From assembly GCF_009914755.1 (NCBI RefSeq), contig NC_060948.1: a stretch of DNA of 64,000 nt; one strand, 5' to 3'. The stretch comes from the human T2T-CHM13v2.0 reference genome, Homo sapiens. The notes below the pieces were generated by a model that worked only from the letters and a program-made list of their open reading frames with translations, ran no database searches and was not told where the DNA came from. Of this stretch, positions 14,202-28,481 are shown in pieces (the first letter of the stretch is position 1; each line of letters opens with the position of its first letter). A program made the position numbers and the translations under genes.

Positions 14202-17200
14202 AATCCAAAATCATTGACTGGAAAGGCTGGGTGTCGAAAGGAATTGACTCCAATGGAATGGAATCGAATGGAATGGAAGTGAATAGAATCGAACTAAATC
14301 GAATGGAATGGAATTGATAGGAACGGAATGGAAAGGAATGCAATGATTTGGCATGGAATGGAATCGAATGGCATCGAATGGAATGGAATGGAATGCAATG
14401 GAATGGAATGTATTAGAATGTAATGAACTTTAATGGAATGTACTCGAATGGATTCGACTGGAATGGAATGTTCTGGAAGTGAATGGACTCCAATGGAATG
14501 GATTCAAAAGGAATGGAATCGTACGGAATGGAATCTAATGGAATGGAATGAAATGGAAATGAATCAAATTGAATAGCACGGAATTGAATTGAATGGAATG
14601 GAATGCAATGGAATCTAATGAAACGGAAAGGAAAGGAATGGAATGGAATGGAATGGGCTGGAATGGAAAGGAATCGAAACGAATGGAATGGAATCGAACT
14701 GAAGAGACTGGAATGGAATGCACTGGAATGGAAGGGAGTGTAATGGAAGGTTCTCGAAAAAAATGGAATCGAATGGAATGGAATTGAATGGAACGGAATA
14801 GAGTCGAATGGAATTGAATGGAATGGAATGGACTAGAGTGAAATGGAATCGAACCACAAGGAATGGACAGGAATAGAATGGTCTCGAATTGAATGGAATC
14901 GTATGGAATGGCATCAAACGGAATGGAATGGACAGCCACGGAATGGAATGCACTCGAATGCAATGGAGTCGAAACTAATGGACTGGAATAGAATGGACTC
15001 GACTGGTACGGACTCCAATGGAATGGAATCGAATGGAAGGGAATCGAACGGAATGGACTCGAAGGGAAAAGACTGCAATGGAAAGGTCTCGAATGGAATG
15101 GAAATTAATGGAATGGAATGGAATCGAATGAAATGGAGTCAAAAGGAATGGAATCGAATGGCAAGAAATCGAATGTAATGGAATCGCAAGGAATTGATGT
15201 GAACGGAACGGAATGGAATGGAATCCAAAGGAATGGAATAGAATGGAATGGAATCGAATGGAAAGGACTCGAATGGAAATCACTCGAATAGAATGCAATT
15301 TAATAAAATAGGATCAAATGTAATGGAATGGAATGGAAAGGAATCGAAACGAAAGGAATGGAGACAGATGGAATGGAATGGAACAGAGAGCAATGGTATA
15401 GAATGGAATGGAATCATCTGGAATGGAATTGAATGGAATGGAATAATATGAAATGGAATGGAATGGAATGGAATGGAATGCCCTTGAATTAAATGGACTG
15501 GAATGGAATGGACTCGAACAGAGTGGAATGGAAAGTGTTGAGATAGAATGGAATGGACTCCTTTGGAATGGTGTAGTATGCAATGCAATCGACTGGCAGG
15601 GAATCAAAAGGAATGTAATGGAATGGATTGGACTGGAATGCAATGGACTCGAATAGATTGGAAACGGCATGCAAAGGAATGGAATGGAATAGTATGGAAT
15701 GGAATGGAAAGGAATGGAGTGGAATAGACTAGAGTGGAATGGAATGGACTGGAAAGCAATGGACTGGAATGGAACTTTCTTGAATGGACTGGAATCAAAC
15801 GGAATGGAATGCAATGCAATCAAATGGCATGGAATAAAATAGAATGAAAGAGAATCAAATGGAATTGAATCGAATGGAATCGAATGGATTGGAAAGGAAT
15901 AGAATGGAATGGAATGGAATTGCCTCAAATGGAATGGACTAGAATGGAATGGATTCGAATGGAAGGCAAAGGAATGGAATCTATTGGAATGGACTGTAAT
16001 GGAATGGAATGGAAGGGATTGGAATGGACTCGAATGGAATGGACTGCAATAGAAAGGATTCGAATGGAATGAAAAAGAATTGAATGGAATAGAACAGAAT
16101 GGAATCAAATCGAATGAAATGGAATGGAATAGAAAGGAATGGAATGAAATGGAATGGAAAGGATTCGAATGGAATGCAATCGAATGGAATGGAATCGAAC
16201 GGAATGGAATAAAATGGAAGAAAACTGGCAAGAAATGGAATCGAAATGAATGGAGTGTTATGGAACGGACTCAAAAGGAATTGAATGTAATAGAATGGAG
16301 TGGAGTGGACTCGAATATAATGGACTGGAATGGAATGAAATCACAAGGAATGGGAACGAATGGAATGGAATGGAAAGGAATGGAATCGAATGGAAAGGAA
16401 TCGAATGGAAGGGAATGAAATTGAATCAACAGGAATGGAAGGGAATAGAATAGACGGTAATGGAATGGACTCGAATAGAATGGACACGAATGCTCAAATT
16501 GAATGGACTCGAATGGAATGGAAACGAAAGGAATGTCATCGAATGGAATTGAATGGATTGGAATGAAATCGCATAGAATGGAGTGGAATCAAATGGAATT
16601 GAATCGAAAGGAAAGGAAGCGAATGGACTGAAATGAAATGGAATGGAATTGAATGGAAAGTAATGCAATGGAATAGAATGGAACGAAATTTCACGGAATG
16701 GAATCAAACTGAATGGAATGAAATCAATGGAATCAAATCAAATGGAATGGAAAGGAATTGAATGGAGTAGATTGGATTGGATGGGATTGGAATGAAATGT
16801 ACTGGAAAGGACTCGAATTTCATGAAACGGAATGGAATGAATTGGAACGGAATGGACTCGAATGGAATGGAATGTCATGGAATGGCATCAAATGGAATGG
16901 CATCAAATGGAATGGAATCGAATGCAATGGAGTGCTATGGAATGGAGTGGAATGCATTGGAATGGAATGTCCTCTAATGGAATGGATTCGAGTGGAATGG
17001 AATCGAATATAATGGAGTCGAATGAAATGGAATTGAAAGGAGTGGGATCGAATACAATGGAATATACTGGAATGTAATGTAATGAACTCGAATGTAATTG
17101 ACTGGAATGGAATGTACATGAATGGAATGTAATCGAATGGAAAGTAATCCAATGGAATAGAATCTAATGCAATAAAACCGACTCAGATAGAGTAGAATGT

Positions 17201-17765
17201 AATGGAATGGAGTGCAGTGCAATGGAATGGAATGGAATGGAATGCAATGGAATGGAATGGAATGGAATGGAATGGAATGGAATGGAATGGGATGGAATGG
17301 GATGGAATGGATAGTAATGGACTGGAGTGAAATGGACTGGAAAGGAATGGACTCAAATTGAAAGGGCTCGAAAGGAATGGAGTCAAATGGAATGGTCTGG
17401 AATGGAATGAACACGAATGTAATGCAATCCAATAGAATGGAATCGAATGGCATGGAATATAAAGAAATGGAATCGAAGAGAATGGAAACAAATGGAATGG
17501 AATTGAATGGAATGGAATTGAATGGAATGGGAACGAATGGAGTGAAATTGTATGCAGTAGAAGGGAATAGAATGGAATGCAAGCGAAAGGAAAGGAATGG
17601 ATTGGAATGGAATGGAATTCATTGGAATGGAAGGGAATGTAGTGTAATGGACAGGCCTGGAATAAAGTGGAATGCTACGGTCTCGAATGGAATAAAAATG
17701 TATGGAATGGAATGCAATGAAACGGAATCGAATGTCATAGAATGTAATGGAATGCAAAAAAATGG
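14202..17765 (+). repeat. DYZ1 unit U5 (3564 bp, canonical length)
   Basis: Anchor spacing equals the classical DYZ1 monomer length. Confidence 0.92.
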
Positions 17766-20700
17766 AATCCAAAATCATTGACTGGAAAGGCTGGGTGTCG
17801 AAAGGAATTGACTCCAATGGAATGGAATCGAATGGAATGGAAGTGAATAGAATCGAACTAAATCGAATGGAATGGAATTGATAGGAACGGAATGGAAAGG
17901 AATGCAATGATTTGGCATGGAATGGAATCGAATGGCATCGAATGGAATGGAATGGAATGCAATGGAATGGAATGTATTAGAATGTAATGAACTTTAATGG
18001 AATGTACTCGAATGGATTCGACTGGAATGGAATGTTCTGGAAGTGAATGGACTCCAATGGAATGGATTCAAAAGGAATGGAATCGTACGGAATGGAATCT
18101 AATGGAATGGAATTAAATGGAAATGAATCAAATTGAATAGCACGGAATTGAATTGAATGGAATGGAATGCAATGGAATCTAATGAAACGGAAAGGAAAGG
18201 AATGGAATGGAATGGAATGGGCTGGAATGGAAAGGAATCGAAACGAATGGAATGGAATCGAACTGAAGAGACTGGAATGGAATGCACTGGAATGGAAGGG
18301 AGTGTAATGGAAGGTTCTCGAAAAAAATGGAATCGAATGGAATGGAATTGAATGGAACGGAATAGAGTCGAATGGAATTGAATGGAATGGAATGGACTAG
18401 AGTGAAATGGAATCGAACCACAAGGAATGGACAGGAATAGAATGGTCTCGAATTGAATGGAATCGTATGGAATGGCATCAAACGGAATGGAATGGACAGC
18501 CACGGAATGGAATGCACTCGAATGCAATGGAGTCGAAACTAATGGACTGGAATAGAATGGACTCGACTGGTACGGACTCCAATGGAATGGAATCGAATGG
18601 AAGGGAATCGAACGGAATGGACTCGAAGGGAAAAGACTGCAATGGAAAGGTCTCGAATGGAATGGAAATTAATGGAATGGAATGGAATCGAATGAAATGG
18701 AGTCAAAAGGAATGGAATCGAATGGCAAGAAATCGAATGTAATGGAATCGCAAGGAATTGATGTGAACGGAACGGAATGGAATGGAATCCAAAGGAATGG
18801 AATAGAATGGAATGGAATCGAATGGAAAGGACTCGAATGGAAATCACTCGAATAGAATGCAATTTAATAAAATAGGATCAAATGTAATGGAATGGAATGG
18901 AAAGGAATCGAAACGAAAGGAATGGAGACAGATGGAATGGAATGGAACAGAGAGCAATGGTATAGAATGGAATGGAATCATCTGGAATGGAATTGAATGG
19001 AATGGAATAATATGAAATGGAATGGAATGGAATGGAATGGAAAGCCCTTGAATTAAATGGACTGGAATGGAATGGACTCGAACAGAGTGGAATGGAAAGT
19101 GTTGAGATAGAATGGAATGGACTCCTTTGGAATGGTGTAGTATGCAATGCAATCGACTGGCAGGGAACCAAAAGGAATGTAATGGAATGGATTGGACTGG
19201 AATGCAATGGACTCGAATAGATTGGAAACGGAATGCAAAGGAATGGAATGGAATAGTATGGAATGGAATGGAAAGGAATGGAGTGGAATAGACTAGAGTG
19301 GAATGGAATGGACTGGAAAGCAATGGACTGGAATGGAACTTTCTTGAATGGACTGGAATCAAACGGAATGGAATGCAATGCAATCAAATGGCATGGAATA
19401 AAATAGAATGAAAGAGAATCAAATGGAATTGAATCGAATGGAATCGAATGGATTGGAAAGGAATAGAATGGAATGGAATGGAATTGACTCAAATGGAATG
19501 GACTAGAATGGAATGGATTCGAATGGAAGGCAAAGGAATGGAATCTATTGGAATGGACTGTAATGGAATGGAATGGAAGGGATTGGAATGGACTCGAATG
19601 GAATGGACTGCAATAGAAAGGATTCGAATGGAATGAAAAAGAATTGAATGGAATAGAACAGAATGGAATCAAATCGAATGAAATGGAATGGAATAGAAAG
19701 GAATGGAATGAAATGGAATGGAAAGGATTCGAATGGAATGCAATCGAATGGAATGGAATCGAACGGAATGGAATAAAATGGAAGAAAACTGGCAAGAAAT
19801 GGAATCGAAATGAATGGAGTGTTATGGCACGGACTCAAAAGGAATTGAATGTAATAGAATGGAGTGGAGTGGACTCGAATATAATGGACTGGAATGGAAT
19901 GAAATCACATGGAATGGGAACGAATGGAATGGAATGGAAAGGAATGGAATCGAATGGAAAGGAATCGAATGGAAGGGAATGAAATTGAATCAACAGGAAT
20001 GGAAGGGAATAGAATAGACGGTAATGGAATGGACTCGAATAGAATGGACACGAATGCTGAAATTGAATGGACTCGAATGGAATGGAAACGAAAGGAATGT
20101 CATCGAATGGAATTGAATCGATTGGAATGAAATCGCATAGAATGGAGTGGAATCAAATGGAATTGAATCGAAAGGAAAGGAAGCGAATGGACTGAAATGA
20201 AATGGAATGGAATTGAATGGAAAGTAATGCAATGGAATAGAATGGAATGAAATTTCACGGAATGGAATCAAACTGAATGGAATCAAATCAATGGAATCAA
20301 ATCAAATGGAATGGAAAGGAATTGAATGGAGTAGATTGGATTCGATGGGATTGGAATGAAATGTACTGGAAAGGACTCGAATTTCATGAAACGGAATGGA
20401 ATGAATTGGAACGGAATGGACTCGAATGGAATGGAATGTCATGGAATGGCATCAAATGGAATGGCATCAAATGGAATGGAATCGAATGCAATGGAATGCT
20501 ATGGAATGGAATGGAATGCATTGGAATGGAATGTCCTCTAATGGAATGGATTCGAGTGGAATGGAATCGAATATAATGGAGTCGAATGAAATGGAATTGA
20601 AAGGAATGGGATCGAATACAATGGAATATACTGGAATGTAATGTAATGAACTCGAATGTAATTGACTGGAATGGAATGTACATGAATGGAATGTAATCGA

Positions 20701-21339
20701 ATGGAAAGTAATCCAATGGAATAGAATCTAATGCAATAAAACCGACTCAGATAGAGTAGAATGTAATGGAATGGAGTGCAGTGCAATGGAATGGAATGGA
20801 ATGGAATGGAATGCAATGGAATGGAATGGAATGGAATGGAATGGAATGGAATGGAAGGGAATGGGATGGAATGGTATGGAATGGATAGTAATGGACTGGA
20901 GTGAAATGGACTGGAAAGGAATGGACTCAAATTGAAAGGGCTCGAAAGGAATGGAGTCAAATGGAATGGTCTGGAATGGAATGAACACGAATGTAATGCA
21001 ATCCAATAGAATGGAATCGAATGGCATGGAATATAAAGAAATGGAATCGAAGAGAATGGAAACAAATGGAATGGAATTGAATGGAATGGAATTGAATGGA
21101 ATGGGAACGAATGGAGTGAAATTGTATGCAGTAGAAGGGAATAGAATGGAATGCAAGCGAAAGGAAAGGAATGGATTGGAATGGAATGGAATTCATTGGA
21201 ATGGAAGGGAATGTAGTGTAATGGACAGGCCTGGAATAAAGTGGAATGCTACGGTCTCGAATGGAATAAAAATGTATGGAATGGAATGCAATGAAACGGA
21301 ATCGAATGTCATAGAATGTAATGGAATGCAAAAAAATGG
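17766..21339 (+). repeat. DYZ1 unit U6 (3574 bp)
   Basis: Anchor spacing (next anchor carries an SNV, ACTCCAAAATC). Confidence 0.92.
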
Positions 21340-24300
21340 ACTCCAAAATCATTGACTGGAAAGGCTGGGTGTCGAAAGGAATTGACTCCAATGGAATGGA
21401 ATCGAATGGAATGGAAGTGAATAGAATCGAACTAAATCGAATGGAATGGAATTGATAGGAACGGAATGGAAAGGAATGCAATGATTTGGCATGGAATGGA
21501 ATCGAATGGCATCGAATGGAATGGAATGGAATGCAATGGAATGGAATGTATTAGAATGTAATGAACTTTAATGGAATGTACTCGAATGGATTCGACTGGA
21601 ATGGAATGTTCTGGAAGTGAATGGACTCCAATGGAATGGATTCAAAAGGAATGGAATCGTACGGAATGGAATCTAATGGAATGGAATTAAATGGAAATGA
21701 ATCAAATTGAATAGCACGGAATTGAATTGAATGGAATGGAATGCAATGGAATCTAATGAAACGGAAAGGAAAGGAATGGAATGGAATGGAATGGGCTGGA
21801 ATGGAAAGGAATCGAAACGAATGGAATGGAATCGAACTGAAGAGACTGGAATGGAATGCACTGGAATGGAAGGGAGTGTAATGGAAGGTTCTCGAAAAAA
21901 ATGGAATCGAATGGAATGGAATTGAATGGAACGGAATAGAGTCGAATGGAATTGAATGGAATGGAATGGACTAGAGTGAAATGGAATCGAACCACAAGGA
22001 ATGGACAGGAATAGAATGGTCTCGAATTGAATGGAATCGTATGGAATGGCATCAAACGGAATGGAATGGACAGCCACGGAATGGAATGCACTCGAATGCA
22101 ATGGAGTCGAAACTAATGGACTGGAATAGAATGGACTCGACTGGTACGGACTCCAATGGAATGGAATCGAATGGAAGGGAATCGAACGGAATGGACTCGA
22201 AGGGAAAAGACTGCAATGGAAAGGTCTCGAATGGAATGGAAATTAATGGAATGGAATGGAATCGAATGAAATGGAGTCAAAAGGAATGGAATCGAATGGC
22301 AAGAAATCGAATGTAATGGAATCGCAAGGAATTGATGTGAACGGAACGGAATGGAATGGAATCCAAAGGAATGGAATAGAATGGAATGGAATCGAATGGA
22401 AAGGACTCGAATGGAAATCACTCGAATAGAATGCAATTTAATAAAATAGGATCAAATGTAATGGAATGGAATGGAAAGGAATCGAAACGAAAGGAATGGA
22501 GACAGATGGAATGGAATGGAACAGAGAGCAATGGTATAGAATGGAATGGAATCATCTGGAATGGAATTGAATGGAATGGAATAATATGAAATGGAATGGA
22601 ATGGAATGGAATGGAATGGAATGGAATGGAATGCCCTTGAATTAAATGGACTGGAATAGAATGGACTCGAACAGAGTGGAATGGAAAGTGTTGAGATAGA
22701 ATGCAATGGACTCCTTCGGAATGGTCTAGTATGCAATGCAATCGACTGGCAGGGAATCAAAAGGAATGTAATCGAATGGATTGGACTGGAATGCAGTGGA
22801 CTCGAATAGATTGGAAACGGAATGCAAAGGAATGGAATGGAATAGTATGGAATGGAATGGAAAGGAATGGAGTGGAATAGACTAGAGTGGAATGGAATGG
22901 ACTGGAAAGCAATGGACTGGAATGGAACTTTCTTGAATGGACTGGAATCAAACGGAATGGAATGCAATGCAATCAAATGGCATGGAATAAAATAGAATGA
23001 AAGAGAATCAAATGGAATTGAATCGAATGGAATCGAATGGATTGGAAAGGAATAGAATGGAATGGAATGGAATTGACTCAAATAGAATGGACTAGAATGG
23101 AATGGATTCGAATGGAAGGCAAAGGAATGGAATCTATTGGAATGGACTGTAATGGAATGGAATGGAAGGGATTGGAATGGACTCGAATGGAATGGACTGC
23201 AATAGAAAGGATTCGAATGGAATGAAAAAGAATTGAATGGAATAGAACAGAATGGAATCAAATCGAATGAAATGGAATGGAATAGAAAGGAATGGAATGA
23301 AATGGAATGGAAAGGATTCGAATGGAATGCAATCGAATGGAATGGAATCGAACGGAATGGAATAAAATGGAAGAAAACTGGCAAGAAATGGAATCGAAAT
23401 GAATGGAGTGTTATGGAACGGACTCAAAAGGAATTGAATGTAATAGAATGGAGTGGAGTGGACTCGAATATAATGGACTGGAATGGAATGAAATCACATG
23501 GAATGGGAACGAATGGAATGGAATGGAAAGGAATGGAATCGAATGGAAAGGAATCGAATGGAAGGGAATGAAATTGAATCAACAGGAATGGAAGGGAATA
23601 GAATAGACGGTAATGGAATGGACTCGAATAGAATGGACACGAATGCTCAAATCGAATGGACTCGAATGGAATGGAAACGAAAGGAATGTCATCGAATGGA
23701 ATTGAATGGATTGGAATGAAATCGCATAGAATGGAGTGGAATCAAATGGAATTGAATCGAAAGGAAAGGAAGCGAATGGACTGAAATGAAATGGAATGGA
23801 ATTGAATGGAAAGTAATGCAATGGAATAGAATGGAACGAAATTTCACGGAATGGAATCAAACTGAATGGAATCAAATCAATGGAATCAAATCAAATGGAA
23901 TGGAAAGGAATTGAATGGAGTAGATTGGATTGGATGGGATTGGAATGAAATGTACTGGAAAGGACTCGAATTTCATGAAACGGAATGGAATGAATTGGAA
24001 CGGAATGGACTCGAATGGAATGGAATGTCATGGAATGGCATCAAATGGAATGGAATCGAATGCAATGGAATGCTATGGAATGGAATGGAATGCATTGGAA
24101 TGGAATGTCCTCTAATGGAATGGATTCGAGTGGAATGGAATCGAATATAATGGAGTCGAATGAAATGGAATTGAAAGGAATGGGATCGAATACAATGGAA
24201 TATACTGGAATGTAATGTAATGAACTCCAATGTAATTGATTGGAATGGAATGTACATGAATGGAATGTAATCGAATGGAAAGTAATCCAATGGAATAGAA

Positions 24301-24923
24301 TCTATTGCAATAAAATCGACTCAGATAGAGTAGAATGTAATGGAATGGAGTGCAGTGCAATGGAATGGAATGGAATGGAATGCAATGGAATGGAATGGAA
24401 TGGAATGGAATGGAATGGAATGGAATGGAATGGAATGGGATGGAATGGGATGGAATGGTATGGAATGGATAGTAATGGACTGGAGTGAAATGGACTGGAA
24501 AGGAATGGACTCAAATTGAAAGGGCTCGAAAGGAATGGAGTCAAGTGGAATGGTCTGGAATGGAATGAACACGAATGTAATGCAATCCAATAGAATGGAA
24601 TCGAATGGCATGGAATATAAAGAAATGGAATCGAAGAGAATGGAAACAAATGGAATGGAATTGAATGGAATGGAATTGAATGGAATGGGAACGAATGGAG
24701 TGAAATTGTATGCAGTAGAAGGGAGTAGAATGGAATGCAAGCGAAAGGAAAGGAATGGATTGGAATGGAATGGAATTCATTGGAATGGAAGGGAATGTAG
24801 TGTAATGGACAGGCCTGGAATAAAGTGGAATGCTACGGTCTCGAATGGAATAAAAATGTATGGAATGGAATGCAATGAAACGGAATCGAATGTCATAGAA
24901 TGTAATGGAATGCAACAAAATGG
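21340..24923 (+). repeat. DYZ1 unit U7 (3584 bp, longest complete unit)
   Basis: Anchor spacing; expanded pure GGAAT tracts at 22593-22632 and 24387-24436; lacks one GGCATCAAATGGAAT copy. Confidence 0.92.
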
Positions 24924-27900
24924 AATCCAAAATCATTGACTGGAAAGGCTGGGTGTCGAAAGGAATTGACCCCAATGGAATGGAATCGAATGGAATGGAA
25001 GTGAATAGAATCGAACTAAATCGAATGGAATGGAATTGATAGGAACGGAATGGAAAGGAATGCAATGATTTGGCATGGAATGGAATCGAATGGCATCGAA
25101 TGGAATGGAATGGAATGCAATGGAATGGAATGTATTAGAATGTAATGAACTTTAATGGAATGTACTCGAATGGATTCGACTGGAATGGAATGTTCTGGAA
25201 GTGAATGGACTCCAATGGAATGGATTCCAAAGGAATGGAATCGTACGGAATGGAATCTAATGGAATGGAATTAAATGGAAATGAATCAAATTGAATAGCA
25301 CGGAATTGAATTGAATGGAATGGAATGCAATGGAATCTAATGAAACGGAAAGGAAAGGAATGGAATGGAATGGAATGGGCTGGAATGGAAAGGAATCGAA
25401 ACGAATGGAATGGAATCGAACTGAAGAGACTGGAATGGAATGCACTGGAATGGAAGGGAGTGTAATGGAAGGTTCTCGAAAAAAATGGAATCGAATGGAA
25501 TGGAATTGAATGGAACGGAATAGAGTCGAATGGAATTGAATGGAATGGAATGGACTAGAGTGAAATGGAATCGAACCACAAGGAATGGACAGGAATAGAA
25601 TGGTCTCGAATTGAATGGAATCGTATGGAATGGCATCAAACGGAATGGAATGGACAGCCACGGAATGGAATGCACTCGAATGCAATGGAGTCGAAACTAA
25701 TGGACTGGAATAGAATGGACTCGACTGGTACGGACTCCAATGGAATGGAATCGAATGGAAGGGAATCGAACGGAATGGACTCGAAGGGAAAAGACTGCAA
25801 TGGAAAGGTCTCGAATGGAATGGAAATTAATGGAATGGAATGGAATCGAATGAAATGGAGTCAAAAGGAATGGAATCGAATGGCAAGAAATCGAATGTAA
25901 TGGAATCGCAAGGAATTGATGTGAACGGAACGGAATGGAATGGAATCCAAAGGAATGGAATAGAATGGAATGGAATCGAATGGAAAGGACTCGAATGGAA
26001 ATCACTGGAATAGAATGCAATTTAATAAAATAGGATCAAATGTAATGGAATGGAATGGAAAGGAATCGAAACGAAAGGAATGGAGACAGATGGAATGGAA
26101 TGGAACAGAGAGCAATGGTATAGAATGGAATGGAATCATCTGGAATGGAATTGAATGGAATGGAATAATATGAAATGGAATGGAATGGAATGGAATGGAA
26201 TGCCCTTGAATTAAATGGACTGGAATGGAATGGACTCGAACAGAGTGGAATGGAAAGTGTTGAGATAGAATGGAATGGACTCCTTTGGAATGGTGTAGTA
26301 TGCAATGCAATCGACTGGCAGGGAATCAAAAGGAATGTAATGGAATGGATTGGACTGGAATGCAATGGACTCGAATAGATTGGAAACGGAATGCAAAGGA
26401 ATGGAATGGAATAGTATGGAATGGAATGGAAAGGAATGGAGTGGAATAGACTAGAGTGGAATGGAATGGACTGGAAAGCAATGGACTGGAATGGAACTTT
26501 CTTGAATGGACTGGAATCAAACGGAATGGAATGCAATGCAATCAAATGGCATGGAATAAAATAGAATGAAAGAGAATCAAATGGAATTGAATCGAATGGA
26601 ATCGAATGGATTGGAAAGGAATAGAATGGAATGGAATGGAATTGACTCAAATGGAATGGACTAGAATGGAATGGATTCGAATGGAAGGCAAAGGAATGGA
26701 ATCTATTGGAATGGACTGTAATGGAATGGAATGGAAGGGATTGGAATGGACTCGAATGGAATGGACTGCAATAGAAAGGATTCGAATGGAATGAAAAAGA
26801 ATTGAATGGAATAGAACAGAATGGAATCAAATCGAATGAAATGGAATGGAATAGAAAGGAATGGAATGAAATGGAATGGAAAGGATTCGAATGGAATGCA
26901 ATCGAATGGAATGGAATCGAACGGAATGGAATAAAATGGAAGAAAACTGGCAAGAAATGGAATCGAAATGAATGGAGTGTTATGGAACGGACTCAAAAGG
27001 AATTGAATATAATAGAATGGAGTGGAGTGGACTCGAATATAATGGACTGGAATGGAATGAAATCACATGGAATGGGAACGAATGGAATGGAATGGAAAGG
27101 AATGGAATCGAATGGAAAGGAATCGAATGGAAGGGAATGAAATTGAATCAACAGGAAAGGAAGGGAATAGAATAGACGGTAATGGAATGGACTCGAATAG
27201 AATGGACACGAATGCTCAAATTGAATGGACTCGAATGGAATGGAAACGAAAGGAATGTCATCGAATGGAATTGAATCGATTGGAATGAAATCGCATAGAA
27301 TGGAGTGGAATCAAATGGAATTGAATCGAAAGGAAAGGAAGCGAATGGACTGAAATGAAATGGAATGGAATTGAATTGAAAGTAATGCAATGGAATAGAA
27401 TGGAACGAAATTTCACGGAATGGAATCAAACTGAATGGAATCAAATCAATGGAATCTAATCAAAGGAATGGAAAGGAATTGAATGGAGTAGATTGGATTG
27501 GATGGGATTGGAATGAAATGTACTGGAAAGGACTCGAATTTCATGAAACGGAATGGAATGAATTGGAACGGAATGGACTCGAATGGAATGGAATGTCATG
27601 GAATGGCATCAAATGGAATGGCATCAAATGGAATGGAATCGAATGCAATGGAATGCTATGGAATGGAATGGAATGCATTGGAATGGAATGTCCTCTAATG
27701 GAATGGATTCGAGTGGAATGGAATCGAATATAATGGAGTCGAATGAAATGGAATTGAAATGAATGGGATCGAATTCAATGGAATATACAGCAATGTAATG
27801 TAATGAACTCGAATGTAATTGACTGGAATGGAATGTACATGAATGGAATGTAATCGAATGGAAAGTAATCCAATGGAATAGAATCTAATGCAATAAAATC

Positions 27901-28481
27901 GACTCAGATAGAGTAGAATGTAATGGAATGGAGTGCAGTGCAATGGAATGGAATGGAATGGAATGCAATGGAATGGAATGGAATGGAATGGAATGGAATG
28001 GAATGGGATGGAATGGTATGGAATGGATAGTAATGGACTGGAGTGAAATGGACTGGAAAGGAATGGACTCAAATTGAAAGGGCTCGAAAGGAATGCAGTC
28101 AAATGCAATGGTCTGGAATGGAATGAACACGAATGTATTGCAATCCAATAGAATGGAATCGAATGGCATGGAATATAAAGAAATGGAATCGAAGAGAATG
28201 GAAACAAATGGATTGGAATTGAATGGAATGGAATTGAATAGAATGGGAACGAATGGAATGAAATTGTATGCAGTAGAAGAGAATAGAATGGAATGCAAGC
28301 GAAAGGAAAGGAATGGATTGGAATGGAATGGAATTCATTGGAATGCAAGGGAATGTAGTGTAATGGACAGGCCTGGAATAAAGTGGAATGCTACGGTCTC
28401 GAATGGAATAAAAATGTATGGAATGGAATGCAATGAAACGGAATCGAATGTCATAGAATGTAATGGAATGCAACAAAATGG
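24924..28481 (+). repeat. DYZ1 unit U8 (3558 bp)
   Basis: Anchor spacing; distinctive 3' haplotype with a 1-bp deletion near 27463 and an extra EcoRI site at 27771. Confidence 0.92.
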
